A stretch of DNA of 64,000 bases from an uncultured Eubacteriales bacterium. Lineage in GTDB: Bacteria; Bacillota; Clostridia; Oscillospirales; CAG-272. A program made the position numbers and the translations under genes. The notes under the pieces are model-generated. The model ran no database searches, was not told where the DNA came from, and was given only the letters and a program-made list of their open reading frames with translations. Every line of letters begins with the position of its first letter. The stretch's first letter is position 1. Below, piece by piece: positions 42,680 through 51,600 of the stretch. The stretch lies in the NCBI GenBank assembly GCA_934371135.1, contig CAKRNO010000006.1, forward strand, positions 7,751-71,750, given 5' to 3'.

Positions 42680-43639
42680 TCAGACGCCGAAAAAGCCCAG
42701 CATATCGTCGTAATAGGAAAAGACGGTCTCGTCGTCCGAGCCGAAGATCTCATGCTTTGCGGTTGCAAGGGTGCGTGTCGTGCAGTGGGGGAGCCTGGCG
42801 GCGAGCGCCAGTTGTGGCGGGCGTGAGACGGTGGTGTCACAGCCGCCGAGCGCCATCCGTACCGGGGTGACGACGCGCTCCGGCGCGCCTTTTTTCAGCA
42901 GCTGCCGCCGGACGCGCAGGGACTGATACGCCCAGCCGTAGGTGCAGCAGGTCGTTTGAAATTCCGGGGTACTCTCTTTGATGGCTTCGTATTCGTCGAA
43001 GCGCTCGCGGCAGGTCTTGCAGGAGCTCTCGAACGTCTCTTTGCCCTCGTAGGGGGCAGAGATGAAAGCGCGCTTTTTGCCCTTGCCGAGCAGTATGGCA
43101 CATTTCAGTATCATCTTTGCGAGAAAGACAGGGACCCTGCCGTTCTCCGGCGCGACCATGGGAGAGGACAGAAACGCCTTTTCAAAGTTGTCGGGATGTT
43201 TTTCCATGTAGAGCAATCCGATGGCGCAACCCATGGAGTGAGCGAACAGGTACGGTTTACCATCCGTGTCCTTCAGCACTTCGTTCATGATGCACGAAAA
43301 GTCGTCGACATACTCCTCGAAGCGGTCGATGTGCGTGAGCGACGGGTCGCTGACGGCGCGCGGGGAGTGCCCGTGCCCCCTGTGCTCGGGGATCACGACC
43401 CGGAAGCCGCTTTTCAGGAAATAGTAGACGAGCTCGTGGTATTTTTCGATCCCCTCGGTGAAACCGTGGGAGACGACCAGCGTCCTGTCGCCCCTCTCCG
43501 GTGTGAAAACGGCATAGTGCAGCGGCTGACCGTCGTAGCCGCGGATGTATCCGTCCCGCCGACGCTCCCGTAGGTAGGGCAGGACCGTGGCGGGGAACCG
43601 CTCCGGTATGTCGGCGGCGGCGATATAAAAGTCCCTCAC
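42680..43639 (-). CDS. Alpha/beta hydrolase (lysophospholipase/monoacylglycerol-lipase-like)
   Basis: VVSHGFTEG, GHGHS and the nucleophile elbow AHSMGC. GTG start overlaps the symporter stop. Confidence 0.8.
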   Translation of the reverse strand: MRDFYIAAADIPERFPATVLPYLRERRRDGYIRGYDGQPLHYAVFTPERGDRTLVVSHGFTEGIEKYHELVYYFLKSGFRVVIPEHRGHGHSPRAVSDPSLTHIDRFEEYVDDFSCIMNEVLKDTDGKPYLFAHSMGCAIGLLYMEKHPDNFEKAFLSSPMVAPENGRVPVFLAKMILKCAILLGKGKKRAFISAPYEGKETFESSCKTCRERFDEYEAIKESTPEFQTTCCTYGWAYQSLRVRRQLLKKGAPERVVTPVRMALGGCDTTVSRPPQLALAARLPHCTTRTLATAKHEIFGSDDETVFSYYDDMLGFFGV

Positions 43640-44997
43640 GGCGTCTCCTCCGCGTCGTGCCCGGGGGCGGGGGTAGCTGCCGGTGCGGCGATGATATCCA
43701 TCACCGATTTTTCGTTATAGAAGAAGAACAGTACAGCGCCGACAATGCAGCAGACGGTTGCGATGATGGCGGTTATACGGTAACGGAGCGGGGAGTCATA
43801 AACAGTGACCGATGTGAAGATGAGCAGGGAGAGCGCCTGCCCGAGCTTCATGGCAAAGGTGCGCGCGGCGAAGAACATCCCGCTCCGCTGTTCGCCGTAG
43901 GTGCGCGCGTCCGCTTCCGCAATGTCGGCGACGACCGCCTGCGGCAGGATGCCGAGGATCGCCATGGGTACGCCTGCGAGGACGGCGATGAGGTAGCCCC
44001 ACCACAGCCCCTCGCCGCAGATCGAGGTGATGAGGAAGACGGCGGCGTAGGCGAAGAAGCCGACAATGATGATGCGCTTTTTACCGAACCTGGGGGCGAG
44101 CCGGTTGACGACGGGGTAGAGGCACAGGCTGACCACCGTCATGACAACGGTCAGGAGGAAGGTATTGCTTTCCGACGCGTGCATGAGGCGGGTGATATAG
44201 AAGGCGAGCCCTGTCTGAAACAGCGTCACGGCAAAGAAGTAAATGACGTCCGAATACACGAAACGACGGAACTGTTTGTTTCTGAAGGACTTGAACAGGG
44301 AAGAAAAAGCTTTGGTCTTGACCGGCACGGATGCAATATAATCGCGCTCCCGGATGCAGAAGGCCGGGACCAGCATCGCGATCGCCGCGACGGCGGCAAG
44401 GATGGCGATGGCGAGGCGGACGGCGTTCGCCGCTCCGAGCGCGTCGGTAAAGAGACCGGCGAGGTTGGGCAGCAGATAGGCGACCGACAGACCGGCGATA
44501 TAGGTAAACGAGATGTAGGTCGAGACGTTGATGCGGTTTTTCTGCGTGTCGCCGAGCTCCGCGATGAGCGCGTTATACGGTGTGCAGTAGATGGTCATAA
44601 AGAGGTAGAACAGCATCAGTGTGACAAAGAGGATGATGTCGTTGGCAATCACGCTCCCGGTCGCGGGGAAGGCAAAGACGCCGACGGTGACAGCGGCGAA
44701 GGGGATGGCAATCACCTTCATGAACGGGATGCGCCTGCCGCCCCTGAAATTGCTTGCGTCCGACCATCCTGCGATGAGCGGGTCCGTAACGGCGTCGAAC
44801 AGTCTGCCGACCGCTGTGATGAGCCCGAACAGCGTGATACCGAGGAACAGGGACTGACCGGTGATAGCGCCGCCGAAGACAGCGTTTTCCCCGGTGTAGT
44901 AGTACACCATCCAGCTGCTGATGATGCCTGCCAGGAGGCTCCAGCCGAACTGACCGACGGCAAAGAGCCACAGGACCTTATTGGTGATCTTCTTCAT
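43636..44997 (-). CDS. MFS transporter, glycoside-pentoside-hexuronide (GPH):cation symporter family
   Basis: 12 TM helices and a MelB-like N-terminus with DAVTDPLIAGWSD. RBS GGGAGG. Confidence 0.85.
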   Translation of the reverse strand: MKKITNKVLWLFAVGQFGWSLLAGIISSWMVYYYTGENAVFGGAITGQSLFLGITLFGLITAVGRLFDAVTDPLIAGWSDASNFRGGRRIPFMKVIAIPFAAVTVGVFAFPATGSVIANDIILFVTLMLFYLFMTIYCTPYNALIAELGDTQKNRINVSTYISFTYIAGLSVAYLLPNLAGLFTDALGAANAVRLAIAILAAVAAIAMLVPAFCIRERDYIASVPVKTKAFSSLFKSFRNKQFRRFVYSDVIYFFAVTLFQTGLAFYITRLMHASESNTFLLTVVMTVVSLCLYPVVNRLAPRFGKKRIIIVGFFAYAAVFLITSICGEGLWWGYLIAVLAGVPMAILGILPQAVVADIAEADARTYGEQRSGMFFAARTFAMKLGQALSLLIFTSVTVYDSPLRYRITAIIATVCCIVGAVLFFFYNEKSVMDIIAAPAATPAPGHDAEETP

Positions 44998-45120
44998 GTA
45001 TCAAACCTCCCGGATATGCTTAACATACCACGTCAATTATACAATTTATACATTTATGTTGTCAATCGACTTTATAACATTGTCGATGGTGAATAACTAT
45101 CTATTGGACGGGCGTTGCAC

Positions 45121-45149
45121 TTGTCAAATCGGCGGCTGTGTGGTACAAT
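45121..45149 (+). promoter_or_regulatory. Predicted extended -10 promoter of the PHP gene
   Basis: TTGTCA, a 17-nt spacer, then TACAAT, with TG one nt upstream of the -10. Confidence 0.5.
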
Positions 45150-45171
45150 CGACGCGGGAGGCGGAGAGGTC

Positions 45172-45846
45172 ATGGAATACAGATACGAAACACATTTGCA
45201 TACGGCACCCGTCAGCGGGTGCGCCCGGGCGACGGTCGCGGAAGCGCTGGAATTTTACCGGGGCGCCGGCTATGACGGCGTGTTTATCACCAATCATTTT
45301 CTGGACGGAAATATCCGCATCGACAAGAGTCGCACGTACCGGGAAAAGATCGATTTTTATTTCTCGGATGCGGAGGCGGGCGAGCGCTTCGGGCGCGCGA
45401 TCGGGCTCAAGGTTTTCTGCGGTGTGGAAATGTCGGATGCCGGTACGGACTTTCTCGTCTACGGGCTCGACCGGGTGTGGTATCTCGCCCATCCGGAGAT
45501 TATGGAGATGCCGTACCGTGAGCGGCTGGATTTTCTGCGCGCTTCCGGCGCGTTTGTCGTGCAGGCGCACCCTTACCGGGAGGCGCACTACATCGACCAT
45601 ATCCGTCTGTTCCCCCGCAGCGTTGATGCCGTCGAGGTCATCAACGGCGGCAATACGGAGGAGCAGAACGCGCTCGCGGCGATCTATGCCGCGCATTACG
45701 GACTGCCCGGGGTGGCGGGCTCGGATAATCATCTCGGGGGTGCCTTCAGCGGTACGCTCGCCGGGGTCGTGACCGAGGCGCCGCTCACCTCCGTCGCCGA
45801 TTACGTCCGCGCGGTGCGGACGGGCGCCTATCGCATCTTCGGGTGA
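45172..45846 (+). CDS. PHP-domain metal-dependent phosphoesterase
   Basis: RBS GGAGAGG before MEYRYETHLHTAPVSGCA. Later motifs ITNHF and QAHPYRE. Confidence 0.8.
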   Translation: MEYRYETHLHTAPVSGCARATVAEALEFYRGAGYDGVFITNHFLDGNIRIDKSRTYREKIDFYFSDAEAGERFGRAIGLKVFCGVEMSDAGTDFLVYGLDRVWYLAHPEIMEMPYRERLDFLRASGAFVVQAHPYREAHYIDHIRLFPRSVDAVEVINGGNTEEQNALAAIYAAHYGLPGVAGSDNHLGGAFSGTLAGVVTEAPLTSVADYVRAVRTGAYRIFG

Positions 45847-45906
45847 TTGAGGGGGCAGTGTGCCCCCGGCATCCGCCAACGAAAAAAGAAATATGAAAAC
45901 GGAGAG

Positions 45907-45963
45907 TGCCCCGGTGGGGCATTTTTAGCCGGAAGAACTGCGCTACGCGCTGTTCTGTCCCGT
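45907..45963 (+). repeat. Repeat copy A: hairpin, T5, AGCCGGAAG, second hairpin, GTCCCGT
   Basis: TGCCCC-GGT-GGGGCA, TTTTT, AGCCGGAAG, AGAACTGCGC-TAC-GCGCTGTTCT, GTCCCGT. Confidence 0.6.
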
Positions 45964-45974
45964 TCACGAGCACC

Positions 45975-46000
45975 AAAAAAGAGCACTCTGTCGAGTGCTC
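45975..46000 (-). terminator. Minus-strand intrinsic terminator-like hairpin between repeat copies A and B
   Basis: Stem GAGCACTC-GACA-GAGTGCTC is followed by TTTTTT on the minus strand. Confidence 0.4.
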
Positions 46001-46059
46001 CGGTTAGTCTTGAAAGCGACCCTGATATCAAAGTGCGAGAGATGTCCGGCGTCGAGAAA

Positions 46060-46123
46060 ACACCCCAGTGGGGTGTTTTTAGCCGGAAGAATTGAGTTTA
46101 CTCAATTCTGTCCCGTCTCTCTC
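46060..46123 (+). repeat. Repeat copy B, same architecture as copy A with compensatory stem changes
   Basis: ACACCCC-AGT-GGGGTGT, TTTT, AGCCGGAAG, AGAATTGAG-TTTA-CTCAATTCT, GTCCCGTCTCTCTC. Confidence 0.6.
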
Positions 46124-46127
46124 ATAG

Positions 46128-46157
46128 TCAAAAGAGGCACCGTTGCGGTGCCTCTTT
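46128..46157 (-). terminator. Hairpin terminator immediately 3' of tRNA-Leu
   Basis: Stem AAAGAGGCAC/GTGCCTCTTT followed by TTG on the minus strand. It is the centre of a 72-nt palindrome (46110-46181). Confidence 0.55.
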
Positions 46158-46163
46158 CGACTA

Positions 46164-46247
46164 TGGTGCGAGAGACGGGACTTGAACCCGTATGGATAAA
46201 CCACACGCCCCTCAAACGTGCGCGTCTGCCAGTTTCGCCACTCTCGC
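46164..46247 (-). tRNA. tRNA-Leu (anticodon GAG), class II with a long variable arm and encoded CCA
   Basis: Hand fold: acceptor GCGAGAG/CTCTCGC, D arm GCG-AAACTGGCAGA-CGC, anticodon arm CACGT-TTGAGGG-GCGTG, variable arm TGGTTTATCCATAC, T arm ACGGG-TTCAAGT-CCCGT, discriminator A plus CCA. Confidence 0.9.
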
Positions 46248-46259
46248 GTGGACCACTTT

Positions 46260-46288
46260 ATTATACAGAAGGCGGGAGGGTTTGTCAA
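46260..46288 (-). promoter_or_regulatory. Consensus sigma-A promoter of tRNA-Leu
   Basis: Minus strand reads TTGACA, a 17-nt spacer, then TATAAT, ending 12 nt before the mature 5' end. Confidence 0.65.
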
Positions 46289-46481
46289 GGGGGAGTTTCG
46301 GATTTTGCGAGATTTTTTGCGGGATGCCTTTTTCCGCTGTTTTATACAAACGTGCGGGGCATTTTTTGTGATAACACGGAATTGCTTTTCGAGGCGGCAT
46401 CATGTAAAATAGGATATGTATATTTCTTTGTGCTCCGTCTGTTTATCTGCCGGGATACCGGGCGGGAGGAAAGGGAAGTCC

Positions 46482-47114
46482 ATGAAACAACGAACACGAT
46501 CGGCTGCCGCCCTCATGGTGGTCCTGATCCTCGCCGCCGTGCTGTCGCTCGGCGCGTGCGGCAAACGGGATGCCATCCGGGAGACGCGGGAGATACTCGC
46601 CGCCGCCGAAAACTTTACCTTTATTTATACGATAGAGGGGCGCGACAGCACAGAAAAGATTGCCCTCCCGTACCTCCTCGCAGTCACGGCGGACGCCGCC
46701 TCCGAGGAAAACGGAGTCGAGACGACGTACGCCACCATCTCCGCGGCGGGGGCGACCATCTGGCGCCCGTACGGGGACAACTACGCGCCGACCGACTGTA
46801 CGCTCGCGACCTATCGGGAGCGGACGCGCGGCTCGGACAGCTACTACGGGCGTTTTCTCTCCTATCTTGACCCCTCCGCATGGAAGTGGGATAAACAGCG
46901 CGATGCCTTCGTGCCGAAAAATTACGCTATGTTTGCCTCCCTCGGACTGGAGATCACCGACATGGAGCTTGCCATCACCGATACGACCTGCTATATCATG
47001 GGGCAGGCGGTGAAGACGGATCGCAATGTGCGCTACGAGCTGATTATCACCATGGCGGTGACGCACATCGGGGCGACAGAGGTGAAGCTGCCCGAGGAGA
47101 TCACCGCCGATTAA
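46482..47114 (+). CDS. Hypothetical lipoprotein
   Basis: RBS GGGAGGAAAGGGAAG. MKQRTRSAAALMVVLILAAVLSLGACGK lipobox. No recognisable domain. Confidence 0.7.
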   Translation: MKQRTRSAAALMVVLILAAVLSLGACGKRDAIRETREILAAAENFTFIYTIEGRDSTEKIALPYLLAVTADAASEENGVETTYATISAAGATIWRPYGDNYAPTDCTLATYRERTRGSDSYYGRFLSYLDPSAWKWDKQRDAFVPKNYAMFASLGLEITDMELAITDTTCYIMGQAVKTDRNVRYELIITMAVTHIGATEVKLPEEITAD

Positions 47115-47614
47115 CGGACATCCTCCCACGAGAAGCTTGTGGGCGACCCCTCGGAGAGCAGACCAGCAAAGTCGCGCTGGCGCAGCACCTCATAGACCGC
47201 GACTGCCACGCTGTTGGACAGGTTGAGCGACCGCAGCCCCTCCCGCATCGGAATACGCACGCAGGTGTCGGGTCTCTCCCGGAGGATGTGCTCGGGCAGC
47301 CCTGCGGTCTCCCGCCCGAACATCAGGAACACGTCGTCGGGGTAGGTGACCTCCGTGTAGGCGCGCGGGCTTTTGGTCGAGAAGCAGTAGATGGTTTTGT
47401 CAGCGTGGAGCCGGAAAAACGCCTCCTCGTTGTCATAATAGGTGATATTCAGCTTGTCCCAGTAGTCGAGCCCGGCGCGCTTTAATTTGCGGTCGTCGAT
47501 CTCAAAACCGAGCGGACGGATGAGGTGCAATGCCGCCCCGGTCGCGGCACAGGTACGGGCAATATTCCCGGTATTCTGCGGGATTTCCGGGCAGTGTAAC
47601 ACAATATTGATCAT
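47111..47614 (-). CDS. trmL: tRNA (cytidine/uridine(34)-2'-O)-methyltransferase TrmL (SpoU/TrmH family)
   Basis: MINIVLHCPEIPQNTGNIARTCAATGAALHLIRPLGF..., about 165 aa, SPOUT knot motifs near the C-terminus. Confidence 0.9.
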   Translation of the reverse strand: MINIVLHCPEIPQNTGNIARTCAATGAALHLIRPLGFEIDDRKLKRAGLDYWDKLNITYYDNEEAFFRLHADKTIYCFSTKSPRAYTEVTYPDDVFLMFGRETAGLPEHILRERPDTCVRIPMREGLRSLNLSNSVAVAVYEVLRQRDFAGLLSEGSPTSFSWEDVR

Positions 47615-47685
47615 GACAGACTCCTTTGCTTTTCCATAAACATTCTATCCGGATGCGCGGAAAAGTCAAGGGGGCGGGAGGAAGT

Positions 47686-48420
47686 ATGAAGATCCTTGCA
47701 CTCGGAAACAGTTTTTCGGAGGATGCGACCGCCTATCTGGAGGGCATCGCCCCGAGCCTTTATGTCCGCAATCTGCACATCGCAGGCTGCTCGCTCGAGA
47801 TGCACGCGGCGCACCTCGCCGCGGGCGACCCTGCCTATGTGTGGGAGGAACACGCCCGCGCCATCACGCCGGAGCGCGTCTCTGCGAACGATAAGATGCA
47901 GGGGGAGGCGTGGGACGTCGTGACCGTCCAGCAGGCGAGCCACTTTTCCGGTATGCCGGAGAGTTACGAGCCGCATCTGACGCACGTTCTCGACGCTGTC
48001 AGGGCACTCTGCCCCGGGGCGCGCATCGTGTTCCATGAAACGTGGGCGTATGCACCGGATTCCACCCATGCGCAGTTTGTCCGGTACCATAACAGCCAGC
48101 CGGAAATGGCGCGCGCCATCCGTGCCGCCGCCACCGCGGCGGCAAACGCGCACGGGCTGGACATCATCCCGACCGGGCGCTTCATCGCGTATCTGCGAGC
48201 GCACGGCCCCGCTTTCGGGGACGACTGCACCCGGGACGGCTTCCACCTGCATATTCCGTACGGGCGCTATGCCGCCGCCCTCGTGTGGGCACATTTCTTC
48301 GGCGCCCCGGTGACGGATTTTGTGCCGGACGGCGCTGACCCTGTCCTGCTGCGCGCCATCCGCGAGCAATACACCCGTTTCGCGGCGGAGCTGGGCTATA
48401 AAGACGGGGAGGAGCCGTAA
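47686..48420 (+). CDS. DUF4886-like SGNH-fold hydrolase
   Basis: RBS GGGAGGAAG before MKILALGNSFSEDA (SGNH block I). Confidence 0.75.
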   Translation: MKILALGNSFSEDATAYLEGIAPSLYVRNLHIAGCSLEMHAAHLAAGDPAYVWEEHARAITPERVSANDKMQGEAWDVVTVQQASHFSGMPESYEPHLTHVLDAVRALCPGARIVFHETWAYAPDSTHAQFVRYHNSQPEMARAIRAAATAAANAHGLDIIPTGRFIAYLRAHGPAFGDDCTRDGFHLHIPYGRYAAALVWAHFFGAPVTDFVPDGADPVLLRAIREQYTRFAAELGYKDGEEP

Positions 48421-48506
48421 ATTTCGCCTCCGCACCGTCCGGGCACCCGCGGCGGATGCCCCTGCACCGGGTGTCGGCTTGCTCTCATCGCCGGTCCCGC
48501 CGCACC

Positions 48507-48540
48507 AATGCGCCCCCTTTCCCGGGGGCGCATTTTCTGT
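48507..48540 (+). terminator. Intrinsic terminator after the DUF4886-like gene
   Basis: Stem AATGCGCCCCC/GGGGGCGCATT followed by TTTCTGT. Confidence 0.6.
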
Positions 48541-48647
48541 ACCTCGGGGGCGATCACGGACAATTTACATTTTGCACTGGTATTTTTGCACCGGCTATGT
48601 TACAATGATAGACTGTATAATAATATCACCCCCGGGGAGGAAATTGC

Positions 48648-51600
48648 ATGGGACTTTTTAAAGCCATTTTCGGCACATACAGCGAGCGGGAGGTCAAGCG
48701 GCTGGAACGCCTGGCGGCACCGATCGAGGCGCTCGCCGACACCTACGCGGCAAAAAGCGACGCGGAGCTCCGCGCCATGACCGGGATCCTGAAAAAACGT
48801 CTTGAAGACGGTGAGACCACCGATGATATCCTGCCGGACGCCTTCGCGGTCGTCCGGGAGGCGGATGCGCGCGTGCTCGGCAAGCGGCCGTATCATGTGC
48901 AGCTGCTCGGCGGCATTGTGCTCCACCAGGGCAGAATTGCCGAGATGAAGACCGGTGAGGGTAAGACGCTCGTCGCGACCCTGCCTGCCTATCTGAACGC
49001 CCTCACGGGTAAGGGCGTGCACATCGTCACGGTCAACGAGTACCTCGCCCGCCGCGACAGCGAGGAGATGGGGCGCGTCTATGATTTTCTCGGGCTCACG
49101 ACCGGGCTCATCGTCCAGGGGCTGACCACGGCAGAGCGCCAGAAAGCGTATAACGCCGACATCACCTACGGTACCAACAGCGAGTTCGGCTTCGACTACC
49201 TGCGTGACAATATGCAGACCCGCCGCGAGAACATCACACAGCGCCCGCTCCATTTTGCCATTGTTGACGAGGTGGACTCCATCCTGATCGACGAGGCGCG
49301 CACCCCGCTCATTATTTCCGGGATGCGGAACGAATCCGTGGACGTTTACAAAAAGGCGGATGCCTTCGTCCGTTCGCTCAGTCGTTTTGAGCTCGACGAG
49401 ATGGACAAGGCGTATGAGGAAAACCGCCACCGCACCTCGCTGTCCGAGGAGCGGGTGAAGGAGCTGCGGCAGGAACTCGCCTCCTTCTTCGCAGGGCTGA
49501 CGGTGCGGCCGTCTGCCACCCGCGGCAAAGCCACGGAGGAGGAGGACTGCGACGTCATCCGCGGTGCGGAGGGGGAGATCGGTCATCTGACGCGGCGCGG
49601 CGAGACCAAATACCGCGCGCATTTCGGCGAGATGATGAAGGACAAAGAGGTGCGGGCAGAGCTCGACTACCTCGCTGTGTATGCCCTCGCCGCGGCTACG
49701 CGCTGGGAAAAGGATAAGGATTACCGCATCCGCGGCAATTCGGTGATACCCGTGAGCTTCCGTTTCCATAATGCGCTCAAAAGCGAGACGGGCGATATGG
49801 AGGTGCTCTGCGCCCTCGGGGCAAAGCACGGTATCGCGCCGGAGTTTGACTATGTGGTGGACGAGAAGAACCGCGTGGCGACCCTGACCAGTGCCGGTAT
49901 CAAAAAGGCAGAACAGTATTTCGGCGTCAGCTTCGGCGGCGACGGGGAGACCGAGGACTACACCGACGAGAGCGAGGCGCTGGGAGAGCTCCTGCCTTAC
50001 GTCAAGCAGGCGCTGCAGGCACACGGCGTGATGGAGCGCGATCGTGACTACGTCGTGCACCGTGGCGAGGTGCTCATCGTAGACCACTACACCGGGCGCG
50101 TCATGCCGGGCAGACGGTTCAGCCAGGGGCTGCATCAGGCGCTCGAAGCCAAAGAGGGCGTGCAGATCCAGGGGGAGAACCAGACCATCGCCTCCATCAC
50201 CTATCAGAACTTCTTCCGTCTGTACGAGAAGCTCTCCGGTATGACCGGTACAGCCCTCACGGAGGCACAGGAATTTGAGGAAATCTACGGGCTCGACGTC
50301 GTGGAGATCCCGACCAACCGCCCCATGATCCGCGTGGATCATCATGACATCGTTTACCGCACCGAGGCGGGGAAATACCAGGCGGTACTGGACATCGTCC
50401 GTGCCTGCCGGGAAAAAGGGCAGCCGATCCTCATCGGTACCGCATCGGTGGAGAAATCCGAGCAGCTGGATGCGTTCCTCACGAAGCACGGCATCAAAGC
50501 CGCCGTGCTGAACGCGAAGAACCACGAGCGTGAGGCGCACATCATCGCACAGGCGGGGACGCCCGGCGCCGTCACCATTTCGACCAATATGGCAGGGCGC
50601 GGCACCGATATCCTCCTCGGGGGCAACCCCGAGTACCTCGCGAAGGACGCGCTCGCCCGTGAGGGCGTGGACGCGGAGCTTATCGCGCAGTGCGACGGCA
50701 CGCGCCCGACCGAGGACGAAGCGCTCCTCGCCGTGCGGGCACGGTATCGTGAGCTGCTTGAAAAATACCGCGAAGAAGTGGCACCCGCGGCACAGCGCGT
50801 GCGCGATGCCGGCGGGCTTTTCATCCTCGGCACCGAGCGGCATGAGAGCCGTCGTATCGACGACCAGCTCCGCGGGCGCAGCGGGCGTCAGGGAGACCCC
50901 GGTGAATCGCTCTTTATCGTATCGCTGGAGGACAATCTCCTGCGTCTGTTCGGCGGTGAGCTCACTGCCCAGCGGCTCGCCCGCGTGTCGGGCGGGGAGG
51001 ATGTACCGCTCCAGTTCGGGCTCCTGTCCCGCTTCATCCGCAATGCGCAGAAGTCGGTGGAGGGGCGTCATTTCCAGGCGCGCAAGAGCGTGCTTGAATA
51101 CGACGATGTCATGAACCAGCAGCGCGAGGTCATCTACGGGGAGCGCCGCCGCGTCCTGTTCGCGGAGGATGCAATGCCGATCGTCATGCGGATGGTCGGG
51201 GAGTATATCGATGACGTGCTCGCCGCATGGGACAACGGGCATGACCCGCAGGTGCTGACCTCCAAGCTGCCTTTCCTGCTCCGCTCCCCCGAGGAGACGG
51301 AGGGCATGAAGGAAAAGGAACTGCGTGAAATGCTCATGACCCGTGCCGAGGAGCGGGTGAACGCCAACCTCGAAAAGGTCGCGGAGGCGACGGGCGAGCC
51401 TGCCTCCAACCACGCGCGCACCATCCTGCTCGCGACCATCGACCGTCTCTGGATGAAACACCTCGGCGACATGGATGATATCCGCGAGACGGTGGGTCTG
51501 AATTCCTATGCACAGAGAAAGCCGATCGTCGAATACCGCCTCATCGGCGGTCAGGCGTTCGACGACATGATCGCGGAGCTCAAAAAGAAGGTGGCGGAGA

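Noticed and set aside
45847-46300. Genomic island or prophage integration at tRNA-Leu
   Set aside because: The partial tRNA copy is inverted, not direct. There is no integrase, excisionase or phage gene on either side within the window. It is kept only as a minor alternative in the tRNA finding.
45847-46870. ORFs 45847-46095, 45995-46870 and 46079-46288 across the tRNA-Leu region
   Set aside because: They run through terminator hairpins and the tRNA gene, have no RBS and give non-protein-like sequence. Only the downstream part in another frame (46482-47114) is a real lipoprotein gene.
48600-51461. 953-aa minus-strand ORF opposite secA
   Set aside because: The opposite strand encodes a textbook SecA. 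The antisense product is low-complexity.
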